Source of the DNA: Eutreptiella sp. 'Long Island Sound 2002'
Taxonomy: Eukaryota; Protista; Euglenida
Reading direction: 5' to 3'
Assembly: GCA_964036045.1 (NCBI GenBank)
Contig: OZ038379.1
Location: 10,850,001 to 10,914,000 of the forward strand
DNA: 64,000 nt
Shown: positions 51,754 to 64,000 of the stretch, piece by piece
Position numbering within the stretch: the first letter of the stretch is position 1
Layout: every line of letters begins with the position of its first letter
Made by a program: the position numbers and the translations under genes
The notes under the pieces: model-generated
Seen by the model: only the letters and a program-made list of their open reading frames with translations
Databases searched by the model: none
Told to the model about the DNA's origin: nothing

Positions 51754-52531
51754 CGTCGATGCGGAGTGTTGTGCCCACCTTTAGCCACCCGGATCCCTGG
51801 AAATCGTAGCAGACGTCATGGTACCCCGCGTCCTGCCCGTCGGCCGCCACCGTGTACGATGTGACGTTGTACGCGTCCATCGCGAACGTCGCCCCGCTGA
51901 CGTTGCGCGCGCGCGCCTCTGCCGCCACTGCACACCCCTCGCTCTGCGGCACCACCGCCCACCGGTCACCCTCGCCAAACAGGTACCCGTCCAGCCGCAG
52001 CGTGAAGCCCGTGTACTGCTTGGGAAAGCTGGGCGTGGAGGCGAACCCAGTCGCGCCCCCAACCGTCAAGGTGTGCCCGATAGAGACGAACCGCGTCGCG
52101 TCCACGGCGTAGCACACGGTGTACATCCCGGCGGACAGCGCCGTTCCGGCGGTGACGTTCACGCGCGCGCGGGACGGGGCCACATCGGGCGCGGTGAGGT
52201 TGTAGGGCCGCGCGTCGCCGGACGTCGCGGGCGCGCAGCCGACGGCGTCGCCCGGGACGAAGGCGAACTTGTCGAGCACCGAGAGGCTGGCGCCGGTGAC
52301 GACGAGGTCGAAGTCTGCCTCGGGGTACGGGGGACTCGGGTCCGAGGCCCACCCCACGGCCCCGCCGAAGTCCACCACCTGGTACTCCTGCCCGTTGAAG
52401 CTGTAGCACACGGCCCAGCCCGGCCCCGGGGTAAAGGGCCCTACCGTGACCAGCCCGTCCCCTGAGATGTCCGTCAAGTTCACGCCGGTGCTGGTGCCGT
52501 CCGTGACGTTGACGCAGGTCCCCACCACAAC
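51754..52531 (-). CDS. giant repetitive surface-type glycoprotein, exon
   Basis: Acceptor GCTCAG|GTT; donor GACG|GTATCT (phase 1); three VCY repeats. Confidence 0.8.
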
Positions 52532-53189
52532 CTGAGCGGAGGGTGCGAGAGGGTGCGATGTCGGCTTTTTGTTCCGAAGTTAGGGAAGGTCCTGGTCGAT
52601 CCTCTTACCCCTCCAACCCTCCACGACCTCGCACACCCCCTCCATCACCCCTGGGCACCTCTCCACAACCCTCAACAACCTTCTGATTGCACACCCCTCA
52701 GACACGCGACACTGTGCCCACCAGTCGAGAGCTGTTGCAGGCTTTTGAGGGTGGCAGCGTTGCGCCAGAGGCGCTGCTATCCAGGGGGTCGTTTCTGCAC
52801 AGCGCGGGCACAGCGCCCAATAGAAAGTCAGCATTTGCGTGACCACCCTGAAAGCCACCCACCGCTGGGGAAACCACGCCCACGGGGCAAACACAGCAGA
52901 TTCAGACAGCATTCTGGCATTTTCAGTGCGAAACACCATTTGTTTCAACGCGTCGTCTGATTTTCTGATCTGAGTAAGAATCTCAGTAGTCCTGTGTAGG
53001 GGAACACCGTAGTTACTGCGGTCACCTTGGCCATCGGGGGAAACGGGTCCAGAATAGCCTACTTGTCGCACAGCGCACGGTGTGTGCCCCCGCCAGTGGC
53101 CAGGCCAGGTAGCGCACCGGGAAGGGAATGGGGCCCAGACCTCAACAAGACTGAACACCGGGACCCAAGTGGTGGGGCAGGTGGTGCAA

Positions 53190-53580
53190 TTTGCACTACA
53201 GTGCACTCCACAGTGCGCACACTACACACCGCGCACTGGACTCACGATTTCACGCTCTGCACGCCACATATTTGACGACTGCACACTGTTCTCCACAAGG
53301 CACACTGTGCACATCTCACTGCACACCACTCACTTGTACCCCCGCACTGCACTTCGCCCACTGCCCACCGCACATCCAGCACATGGCACTCCACACTCTA
53401 CACTGCACCCCTGTGCACTCTACACACGGCAGCGTGTTCACTACACCCACCCTGGCACTCTCTGCATATCCGACGGCACACTCATCCACAACACACATTC
53501 CACATTGCACTTTGCGCGCTGCACATCCAGCACTTGGCCGTGCACCCTCTGCACGATTCACGCTGTGCTCTGCCATCCAT
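53190..53580. repeat. degenerate TGCAC/CACAC low-complexity minisatellite
   Basis: Dense imperfect cactgcac motifs inside an intron. Confidence 0.6.
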
Positions 53581-54030
53581 GTATCGCATGAGGGGGGGGG
53601 CTTTTGACACATAGTCAGCGTTCTTGCATACCGCACCATACCTTTACAAGGGAATGTACTTCAACGCTCGTACTTGGTGCAACGCCAGGCTGCACGTGCA
53701 GAGGGGGGGGGGGCGGGGCAATGACCACACCTTCTGTGGGTTGTAAACACTACCTGATACAAGTAGACGCGGTCTGCTGATTGTAGACACTGTCGACATG
53801 TTTGTAGACCAGGGAAGGTGTGGGTTGTGGGGGGGGGGGGGGACGACTGCGTGCATACCACCGTGCTATCGGCACGAGAAAACCGTCTCCAAACCGCCAC
53901 CCTCTACATGCTGCATCTGCGGGTCCCGAATGGCCCGCCCCCCTACCCAGCACAACGTTTCACCTCCGCTGCCCCCCCCTCGAAACGCCGCTGACTCCCA
54001 CATCAACGCCCACCCCAGCCCAAGGACGAC

Positions 54031-54489
54031 CTGGTACCGGTCCGTCGTGTTGAGCCCAAGCCCGTGGAATGTAACGGTGAACGGCGCGTCGTCGGTGGGG
54101 GGCGTGGGGTCGGACGAGAAGAACTCCACGCCCTGGACGCGGAGCGGCGGCCCAACGGCCACGTACGGCGCCGCGGAATCCAAATAGGAGATGCCCCCCG
54201 TGTTGTAGCAGATCAGGTACACGCCCGCCGGCAGCGCCAGGAGGCCCGGGATGCCCACCGACAAACCGTCCACGGCAGCGTCACTGACGTAGGCGGGATT
54301 CGACGGCTGGTCGCAGCCGCTGAGACTGGTCCGCGCGTTGACAACGGCGTACTTGTCGGCGGCGCTCAGGTTGAACCCGGTGATCGTCACCGTGAAATTC
54401 TCGTAGTTCTCCACTGCGGCCGGATCCGTCGTCCACGCGGCGGCCCCGGCGACCGTCAGGTTCCCGCCCACCTCCAGGAAGTCGAGCCC
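54031..54489 (-). CDS. giant repetitive surface-type glycoprotein, exon
   Basis: Acceptor CCGCAG|GGG; donor TACCAG|GTCGTC; 459 nt, phase 0. Confidence 0.8.
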
Positions 54490-54701
54490 CTGCGGATTGT
54501 GGAGCCATCAACCCACGCGGTTCGTCAACCCGGCGGCACATGCCGGGGGGTCCTGGTCCACCCTCGCCCACCACTGCCTTGCGACGCCCTCACGCCCTCC
54601 ACAACCCTTGCCGCATGCGGCAACGCCACGTCTACGGCTCTCTATGGGGCCCTCAATAGTCAGCCGTTGCTTGAAATTTGCATTTTGGGAATTTCGTCCC
54701 A

Positions 54702-54776
54702 AAAATTTCCGAGAATTCAAAATTTTCCGAGAATTCAAAAATTTCTGAGAATTCAAAATTTTCCGAGAATTCAAAA
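54702..54776. repeat. 18-bp tandem repeat x4 (aaatttccgagaattcaa)
   Basis: Directly visible. Confidence 0.9.
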
Positions 54777-55466
54777 AATCAAAAAAAAAATTAAAACAAA
54801 ACCCAAGAAGTATCGATGCCATTCGTGCTGTTGTCGCGGCTGCCGCTTCTGCTTGTGAACCCTGGAGAGGTGGGGCCTTGATCGTGGGTTGCAGCCTTTT
54901 CTCCCGCGCTTGCTACTTGTTCTTCGAATGCTCCCGCTGAGTGTTCAAGGCACCCGTATTTCATGCCCTACAGCCTCACCGCACACGCCCAGGCCCATCA
55001 GGCGTGCATCACAAAGAAGACGGAAGAACTGGGGCGGGGGGAGGAGAATTCCAAAAGGCTTTGCCTGGAGCAGCGAAAGGTTGTACCTCAGGGCCCATAC
55101 AAGCAAAGGGGGGGCTGGGGCGGTGCAGACCCACCCACCCACCCACCCACCCAGCGGGGGCTGAATTGTATGACAGAACGGCGCACGTTCCAATCGCGCC
55201 GCACTTGCGGAGTCTCAGCTCCAGCCTCCGCTCCAGCTTTGGAGCGTCCCTTCAAAGCCCGTTGGCCCCTCATCAGCCCTCAGAAACTTATTAGAAAAAC
55301 CCCCAGCAACGCTGCATGATGCCAACAGGCCTGCACAGCAATGCAGATGGGGGCGTCACGCCAAACAGGGCACGGACCGCCCCCACGTTCAGTCAAGTGG
55401 GAGACCGCTCCGGGCCCCAGCAGCGATAGGGACCCCCTCAAGCGCAGTGCACTCCTTGGGAGGCGC

Positions 55467-55578
55467 GAAGGGAGCAGTGTGACGGGCAAAGACACCCGAG
55501 GGTTTGGTCGGGGTACTGTGCAGGCATCGTTTGCTGAGGAGGTAACTTGGAGAGCGCGCGGGGAGGCGGGGGGGGGGG
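55467..55578 (+). repeat. 112-bp interspersed element ending in a G-run (copy A)
   Basis: Reverse complement of 60950-61061 with 3 mismatches. Confidence 0.85.
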
Positions 55579-56658
55579 TTTGGCACAAGGCCTCGGTATC
55601 TGATCTGGGGGGGGGCGGGCAGCCGAGCTGCGTGGGTCAAAAATCTCAGACCCCACCCTCCGTTGTTGAATGCGCGCGCGCCCACGCGTGCCCTCTGGGC
55701 TTCTCAGCGCCCCTCCACAGGCCTCCACAGCCCTCTCCTCCAGTCATGACAACTCCGTCATTGGGACAACCCCGAGCGCACCTCTTCGTACACAACCCTT
55801 CGCAGACCTGCACAGACCTGTACAACGCCGAGCTGTCGACCATGGGTCCGCACTGGATTGTTTGGCCAAAGGGCATTGTATGAAATTTATCTATTGACTG
55901 GGTGTCCGGACCCCAGTGGATTGACCAAAAGGGGTCAAAAATGAATTGTTAGGCCATAATAATATGCACTTCCATGGTTACCAAACGATGACCCAAACCC
56001 TGGTTCAAATATACCTCGGGGTGGACGGGCTTTCGTCTCCGGGGGGGGGGGGGGTTGGATACAGCCCTCTGGCTAGACCCCCCCCAAAAAAAACGCTCAA
56101 TTGACGGGCCCCCCAAAAATCGTACCGATGCTGGGCCCGGAGGTGACCCGGACCCAAAATTTGGGAAAATAAGATGTTTGGAATCAGTGCGTCGAGGGGG
56201 TTGAGAAAAAACAACATTTGCCATGTATTTGGTGAAAAAAAAAATTGACCATCTTCAATGCTCAAAAACATTTTCGGCGCCTTCGGCGCCAGAGTTCATA
56301 ATGACTTATTAATGGTCCTGTCAATTGAGCCCTTTTCCCGAACCACCCACCAGTTTTCGGGGGTCCCCCAGAAGTGAAAACCCAACTTCCCTCGGGGTCA
56401 TTAGGGGTCACTTGAAAATTCGGTTTTTCAGCCAACCCGTGTTGGCAATTTTGAGTGCAAGCAGCAATTTCGCATCTTTGAAACGGCCCATGGGCGACTC
56501 TCGGCAAGACCACAGGCTGCCAAACATGGGCATACTGGGCCCACAAAAACCGTGTTCACCGAAAACGGGTCAGAACGAAGTTCTTGATCAACAGTAGTCC
56601 AAACGGACTTTGTTGTTCATCCGGCCTGACAACCACCCCTCTGACAACCACTCCATAC

Positions 56659-58179
56659 CTGGAGGCTGTAGCACACATCGTATACGCCAGCGGCGAGCTG
56701 CAACCCAACCTCCGTCACTGACGTCCCATCCCCGGCGGCCCCGGCCACCGTGATTCCCGATGACCCCGGACTGAGGCCGCCGCAGCCGCCCTGAGCGAAG
56801 GCGAAGCGGTCGCCGTTGGCCATGCTGGTGCCGGTGAAGGTGATGGAGAAGAGCGTGTTGTCCGCCGCCTGGGCCGGCGCGACGCTGTAGGCGCCCGCCC
56901 CCGGCAGCACCTCCAGGGGGTCCCCGACCATGACCCACACCGGGTCCGTGTCGTCCCGCTCGGCGTGCGCGAAGAGCCGGTAGCACACGGTGTAGGGCCC
57001 GGCGGGGAGCCGGACGGGGCGCGTGACGTTGACGGTGCTGACGCCGTCCACGGTCACGGCCTCCAGAGCGGTCACGTTGTGCGTGTAGACCGGGGCATAG
57101 ACGGCCGCGGCGCAGGCTTCGTCGGCGCCCGCGACGAGGGCGATTGCGTCGCCGGGGCCCAGCCCATGGCCCCGCACGGCGATCAGCCAGTCCACGTCTC
57201 GGAGGAGCAGGGCCGGGGTGGTGCTGAAGCCGGACGCGCCGAACACGTCCAGCGGCTGCGGCTGCGGCACCCACGTCGTGTTGCGGACGTTGTAGCACAC
57301 GAGGTACCGCCCGGCGTCCAGCCGCTGGTCCGTGACGTTCACGGAGTTCTCGCGGTCCGGGTCGGGGGCCGACACCTCCGCCCCCGGGTGCGTGTCGTTG
57401 TGGCAGTCCGCGTGCGCACTCGTGTCGACGAGCTTGACCCGGTCGTCGGCCGACAGCGCGTGCCCGTAAACGACGAAAGTGAAGTTCGACGCGCGCGCGG
57501 GCGGCGCCGGGTCGCTTCCCCAGCGCGTCGCGCCGGCCACCACAAGCGACCCCGGCAGCCTCAACGCCCCGTACCCGTTGAGGTCATGGCAGACGTCGAA
57601 CAGGCCCGCCGGGAGCTGCAGCCCCGGCAGCGTCGCGGCCTCCCCGGCGGCGTCGACCATGCCGTCCGTCAGATTGGCGCCCGGGACCCACGGGCCTCCC
57701 AGCCACACGCCGCACTCCGCGCCCGATGGCACGACCTTGACAGAGTCATTGCGGCTCAGCCCGAAGCCCTGCAACTCGATGGCGAACGGGACGCCGTGCG
57801 CGGGCGACCCTGCGGTGCTCCAAGAGACGCCCCCAGCGACGCGCAGCTCCTGGTGGTGCACCCAGGCCTGCCCCGCGGGGGCGTAGCAGATGTGGTACGC
57901 GCCCGCCGGCACGTTCACCGCGGCGACCGTCAGGCTCGAGCCAAAGGCGTCGCTCGCGACGGTGGCGTTGGTGCCGGCGCCCAGGACCAGCGTGTTGGAG
58001 ACGTTGAGGGCGCCGTGGCACGCGTGGGCGACGGGCACGAGGGCGTACTGGTCGCCCTCGCTCAGCGCGCCGGTGGCGCCCCTGAGGGTGAGCGTGAAGT
58101 CGGTCAGCCGCACCGGGGCCGCGGGGCTTGTGGTGAAGCTGAGCGTGGGCCCCTGGAGGGCCGTCAGCAGCCACCCCAC
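56659..58179 (-). CDS. giant repetitive surface-type glycoprotein, exon
   Basis: Acceptor TTTTGTAG|GTG; donor CTCCAG|GTATGG; 1521 nt, phase 0; five VCY-type repeats. Confidence 0.85.
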
Positions 58180-59541
58180 CTACAAAAGGACGAGGAAGGG
58201 GCAGCCAGGGCGGAGGTGAGGGGTGGGCTTGGGGGGGGGGCGCGGTGTCTAGTTATGCATTGTGACCAAGGGCTTTTTTCCGCTTGTATCCTTCTCACTA
58301 ACACCGGAAGTGACTCAGCAACTGCGTAGCTGTCCAAGGCAGCCTCCAATGCACAAATGACCGGGTACAGCCATTGTATGGGCAAGCGCTTCTCCGGCGC
58401 TTCCCGGATGGCCAAAGCAACCTCCTCGTCCGCCCTCCACATGCCATTTTTGGCCTTTAACTACTGAATCGCCGCTTGTGAACGCTCCCGAATCCCAAGC
58501 ACGGGCAAGGGTATACGGGCCCCCGGGAGAGGGCACCGCGGCGAAACGCCCGGGCCTGACACGAAGCTTCCCACCGTAGAGCGGCGCGCACATGCGACCA
58601 GCCACAATCGTACGATACTCGCGCATGGGCGGCAAAGCACTTCGGGTACAACAGTGCGCACCCCGGGAGCAGCCAGGACCTGCTGTAGTGCCAGCCACAA
58701 CTCATGACCCGCAGGCGCCCAACAACCGATTCCGACAACTTCCTGCGGGCATACCCACAAATGTGCCGCGCTTGCACGTACACCCATGCGCAGAAAACTA
58801 CGTACAGGCAGCTCAACACGCACACACGCACGCACACATGTACACCAACTGCCCATCGACGACGCTGTTTGGCTCTTCACCTGAAAAATGCCATCATTCA
58901 CACACCCCAGCACACACGCACGCACGCGCGCGCGCACACACACGCGATGAGATCTGCAAGGAAAACAAACAAAGAAGCAGACAACGCTAAACAAGCGGCT
59001 GGAGAAGACTCCACAGGCGCCGCAGAGCAGCTCTTGGCGTCTTTTCTTCTATGGCAGAGTCAAAAGGGTGTGTAAGCTGTCAGGGCAAAGACAGACTGAC
59101 AGACAGATGGATAGACAGACAGGCGTGCACTCCCGCCCAAACCCCACAGATCGCAAGCTCTCCACAGCGGAGCCCATGGTTCACCTACATTGTTGGGCAC
59201 CAGCCCCCAACCACACAACAAGAACTGTCGTGAATCTGCCTGAATGAGTAGCAGGGGGGCGACCGCGCACACGCAGGCCTACAGGTGTACCTGTAGGCAA
59301 GACAGTCACAAGGGAGAAAGGTGAGAGCACACACGCGCGCGCGCGCACGCGCAAACAAACGCACACACGCACGCGCGCGCGCGCATGGACACACACCCCG
59401 CACCAGGAACATCCTCTTGGTTACGTACTCACGGATTGGGTGTTGGGGACAGACACTCCAGATGGCAGGCATGCCCGTCATCCATCACCTCCAGGGGGGA
59501 TGAGCACGTGTGCACAACCCACGGAGAAGAAGAGGCGCTAC

Positions 59542-60702
59542 CTGTCGGGCGTTGTAGCAGACACGCATGCCGGCGGCGGGCACAAACGCCCCCTGCACGA
59601 ACACGCGCGTCCGGTCCTCGGAGACCTGGGCCGCCGAGAAGTTTGCCCCGGAGTCCATCGCGCAGCCCTCCGCCCCGGACCGAATCGCGTATCGGTCCGC
59701 CGCCACGTCGAATCCGAAGCCCACGATCCAGAGGTTGAAGCTGCTGTTCACGAGCACCGGCACAGGGTCGCTCAGGGCGTAGACCGCGCCGGCGACAATC
59801 AGGTGCTCGCCGGTGCGCCGGGGCACCGCGTTCCACACGTCCCCGTCCAAGCGGTAGCACACCGTGAAATCCCCGGGGCTCTTGGTCATTCCCGCGAGCA
59901 CAACGGTCGTGTTGTCGACGGGAGCCGCGGGCGCCCCGCCAGTGGGGCTCAGCTGCGACTCGCAGTAGCCGACGTCCCCGGTACCACCGACCACCGCGTA
60001 CCGGTCACCGGTCGACATGCCGTTTCCGGTGACGATCGGGGTGAAGGCCAGCAGGTTGGAGGCCTCCTCGGGTTCGGTGCGGAAGTACGCCGCGCCGCGC
60101 ACCACCACCGGGCCGAGGTCGGGGAACCCAAAGGGCACCCAGAGCCGGTCGCCGAGCTGATAGCACACAGTGTACTCGCCGGCGGGTAGACTCAGGGCCG
60201 GCACCGTCAGCGCAGTGCCGTTGAGCATCTCGCCGGTAACGTTGGTGCCGGGCCCGGCGTCGCGGCACGCGTCCGCGTAGAACCGCAGCGCGTACCTGTC
60301 CCCGGCCGCGAGGCCGGCCGCGGTCAGCGTCAGGTTGAAGCGCTGGTACGGGAGCAGCGGCGCTGGGTCCGTCCCGATGGCCGCCGCGCCGAACCGCACC
60401 AGCAGGGGCGCGCCCAGTCCCTGCCAGGCCATGTGCCGGAACTTGTAGCACACGGTGTAGCTCTCCGCGTCCCGGGCCTCCAGCACGACGCGCACCGTGT
60501 CGTTGGTGGCGTTGAGGCCCGCCCCCGTGACGTTTCGGGCGTGGTCGCCGCAGGCCTCGGTGGCGGTCAGCACCACGTCCCACTGGTCCCACTCGGAAAG
60601 CCCGTGCCCCGCCACCGTCAGAGTGAAGGGCACGTCCTGCGGCACCGGGGCCGGGTCGGTGACATAGCCGGTGGGCCCCAGGACCACGAATGCCGGCCCC
60701 AC
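59542..60702 (-). CDS. giant repetitive surface-type glycoprotein, exon
   Basis: Acceptor TCGCAG|GTG; donor CGACAG|GTAGCG; 1161 nt, phase 0; four VCY repeats. Confidence 0.85.
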
Positions 60703-60949
60703 CTGCGAGAGGGGCGCGGGATAGGCCCCACGGGCCAGAGGCGAGGAGGGGCAGGGGGGCGTAGAGGCCGCCCGCACACGCGGCGGAGCCTGAGGAGCCG
60801 CATCAGCACCGCCTGCCCGGTGCGCTGGTCCCTCCATTCCCATCCCCCGCCCTTTTCCTTCTTCTGTCCGCTCCCCTGCTCCTCTTCCTCTACTTCAATG
60901 AGGTCACGTAGCTCAGTCGTCATGCATCTGGGCTGCCAGCAGCTCGGCT

Positions 60950-61061
60950 CCCCCCCCCCCGCCTCCCCGCGCGCTCTCCAATTTACTTCCTCAGCAAACG
61001 ATGCCTGCACAGTACCCCGACCAAACCCTCGGGTGTCTTTGCCTGTCACACTGCTCCCTTC
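60950..61061 (-). repeat. 112-bp interspersed element (copy B, inverted relative to 55467-55578)
   Basis: Direct sequence comparison. Confidence 0.85.
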
Positions 61062-61289
61062 CAATTCGCGTTTACATGGGGGCGGGGGCTCCCATGCCAT
61101 GGCAAAACGCCCCACCCCCCGCTAAGCCCCCCCCCCCCCCCCTAAGGAGCATGGTATGGGGAGGGGACCCGCCCCCGTCCCCAAAAATGCATCATTGCCC
61201 ATTTCCTCCCTCCTCAAGGTGTTTGGTGGGTTGGCAGGGGGGGGGGGGGGGCTCTGCATGAAGATGCGCTACTTTGGCCTTGGGGTGCA

Positions 61290-62040
61290 CCACACGCACA
61301 CGTACAGCCGTAAACCCCCAAACCCAAGGGCGCCGTAAAAAATGCACTCTTTTTGAAAACATGCGCACGACAAGGCACCAACTGACTGGAACGGAAATGT
61401 ATGACCAATGAAAATTTTACGGCGGTGGCGCTGTAAACATTGACAAATCTCGGTCAAATTCTATTGCCTTTGGCAAGGGGCCTCAAAGAGAGGCTGACAG
61501 TCAGCCAATCCGTCAGTCAGTCAGGGAAGCAGTCAGTCAGGGATACGCGAATGACACCCCAAAAGGGGGTGTATGGTGTCCGCAACTACGCTTGATCTCT
61601 CTTCGAGGTGATTTTGCATTTTCTCTACACCGAGTTGTATCTGAAAAACACAGTTCTAGCAACAGCCGAAACTAGTAGCGCACGATGTGGACCTTGTTTG
61701 GATATGGTACGACGGGTCATTGGCAACCCTTGGGGAATGTGTAAAGCAGATCCACAAAAAGACAGATAGTTATAAGTTGCATTCTCCAGACAATTTAAAA
61801 GACATCTCCCTAATTGCACAACTGCAAGGAGGGAAACATTGATCAAATGAAACCCGAACACACTGTCAATGCTCCCATTTTTTGTAATGTTTGGTGTAGA
61901 GATTAATTCTCAATGCGAAATCTCCCTGCAAAAATGTTTACGGTGCCAGTACTGTAAACAAAAATCATCTACCTGGTGATTGGAAACCAATACAATAACC
62001 AAAAAATATTTTTTCTATCTGAAGGGGAAGGGCAGAGATG
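61290..62040. repeat. interspersed repeat, copy B, carrying an extra about 153-bp insertion at 61464-61616
   Basis: Collinear with 49690-50260 except for the insert. Confidence 0.75.
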
Positions 62041-62359
62041 GACAAGGGGGAGGGGGTCTACATCGTCCATTGTTGCTTCCCATATGTGCTAAATGTGATC
62101 CCCCTCATAACCTATGGTAGCTGGGCACACCAGTCAAGACCCCGAATGGGCAATGGGGGATCATTTTGTAGTGGACAAAACAATACGGCGGCGCCACACA
62201 ACCCCTGCCCCGCGTATTACTGTTTCTTATTTCCGAAGGCTTCCGCATGATTGCTGTCCATTGTCCACAAAAATTGCATCTTTGTGCAGGCCAACGTCCA
62301 AAGTCCTTGATGGACATTGCTATTGCTTTGGACAAACACTGTTAGTCCCACAGGGCCCT

Positions 62360-62552
62360 GGATGGTTGCCATGATTTCTTGGTGCGTTCTGAACGGTTGC
62401 TCACATTTCTTGGTGCGCTTTGGATGGTTCATGTTATTTCCTGGTGCACTCAGGATGGTTACTATTATTTCTTGGTGCACTTTGGATGTTATTTCTGTTA
62501 TTTCCTGGTGTGCTTTGGATGGTTGCTGCTATTTCTTGGTGCACTCTGGATG
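62360..62552. repeat. degenerate about 32-bp tandem repeat x6 (atttcttggtgcactttggatggtt)
   Basis: Directly visible. Confidence 0.75.
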
Positions 62553-63233
62553 GATGCTCTATGGCAGCTCACATAATCCTACTGCCCGATGGCAGCACAA
62601 AAAAAACAAAATAAATAAAACAATAAAACAAAAGGGACATAGACAAAACACACAAAACAGCCCTGCTGCCCTGCGGTGGCACAATAAAGCCCTCCTGCCC
62701 TGCCGCACCACAAAAAACCCTTTGTGAAAAAAAATTGCAAATGACAAATTGCACCCTCCCATGCCATGGCAAAACCCCCCCTTCTTGGCCCCCCGCCGTA
62801 AGGTTGCCTAGCATGGGACCCCCCCCCACGCAAAAGCGAATTGGTGATGCCCCTGACACTTGAACTAGAGGTCCCAAGTATGAGTCCCAGGCCGGGTGGT
62901 AAGTTGGCACGCACGGCTGTTTCAGGCGCCAGGGTGTCGGTGACCCCACGAGGGGAGGGACACTGCAGGGATAGCTGGCGTGCAGAGATTGCCCGGTCAA
63001 CCGCTCCGGAACCCCCCCCCCTTCCTGCAGCCGGCGGGTGCGGGTGGTTCTGCTTTGCGCCCCATCCTGACGCACGGAAGCGGGACCAAGGGGGGGTCCG
63101 TCCAAAAGCACGAAGAAACGTGAATGCCGCCGATGCCCACGAAGAACGCCCATCACGAGAAGTGAGAAGAGGCAGTGAGCGAGCAGACGAGCAGAAGTGC
63201 AGAGAAAAGATGGAAGAGGAGGCCCGTCCATAC

Positions 63234-64000
63234 CTGCAGCCACCCGGTCCGGTTCACATTGTAGCACACGACGTAGCGTCCTGCCGGAAGCTGCAGCCCT
63301 CCCTCCAGAAACCCGGTGGAGCCCGTGAGCAGGCCGCTATGCACTGACCACACGCCGCCGTCACTGAGGGAGTCACACCCCGCGGCCTCGTCCGAGAAGC
63401 CGTACGTGTCCTCGGTCGACAGCCTGATCCCCAGCATCGAGAGGGTGAAATTGGTGGTCTGCTGGGGCTGTGCCGGGGTCACGGCATAGCCGTATACCCC
63501 CTGGACGGAGAACGCGGGCTCGAACAGGTCCGGCTCCCCCTTCAAGAAGTAGCACACGCGGTACGCGCCCGCGACCAGCGGGTAGACCGGGATTGTGAGG
63601 GTGGCCCGCGGGGGGTCTGCGCCGGTGAACATGCCGCTGGTCACGTTGGTGCGCGCGACGGCGGTGCACTCCTCCGCCTCCAGCGCGATCGCGAAATGGT
63701 CCGCGGTCGAGAGCCCGACACCCTCGACAACCAGCGTCAAGTTGGCGCGTGAAACGGGGACGGCCGGGACCGTGTGCAAGCGGACGGTCCCGGTGACCTC
63801 GAGCGGCGGCTGCAGCGCATGCCACGTGTGGGACTGGTAGCAGAGGTGGTATACCCCGGCGGTCAGCCGCAGGTCCCGCAGCTCGACGGTCTCATCGTCC
63901 AGCACCATCTCCTCCGTGACGTTGAACGCGGCTGAGGGCGAGTCGCAATCGTCGTCGGGCTGCAGCGCCACCGCGACGCGATCCGCGGCCGCCAGCCCCA
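63234..64000 (-). CDS. giant repetitive surface-type glycoprotein, exon (continues beyond window)
   Basis: Frame is open to the window edge; donor CTGCAG|GTATGG; three VCY/LCY repeats. Confidence 0.85.

Noticed and set aside
56965-58329. Long plus-strand ORFs (also 13032-14297, 10325-11017, 54064-54858, 59440-60189)
   Set aside because: These are antisense shadows of GC-rich minus-strand exons that have clear motifs and splice sites.

Overview
Eukaryotic, intron-rich and transposon-rich window. It is probably from a euglenid (Euglenozoa); this is inferred from TTAGGG telomeric repeats, polypyrimidine-AG acceptors 8-21 nt upstream of start codons, and the hybrid histidine kinase type. All recognisable host genes lie on the minus strand: (1) seven exons (>1850 aa, entering from the right edge) of a giant repetitive, Cys-paired, N-glycosylation-rich surface-type protein whose 3' part is not visible; (2) an intronless ARF-family GTPase carrying a Q71L-equivalent substitution and lacking the usual stop; (3) a Met-less cytochrome b5-like exon; (4) a 3-exon membrane hybrid histidine kinase (TM-HisKA-HATPase-REC, about 676 aa). 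The rest is repeats and mobile-element relics: a six-copy head-to-tail array of a 1.15-kb element separated by TTAGGG repeats, an intron-containing DDE transposase with RAG1/Transib-like motif order, an RNase H-bearing non-LTR fragment, a Ulp1/SWIM-like (MULE-like) relic, gypsy RT and CCHC relics, a pogo-like relic, a TA-flanked MITE, and many mini/microsatellites and poly-G tracts. No rRNA, tRNA or CRISPR was found. All family assignments come from motif inspection by eye; no database search was run.
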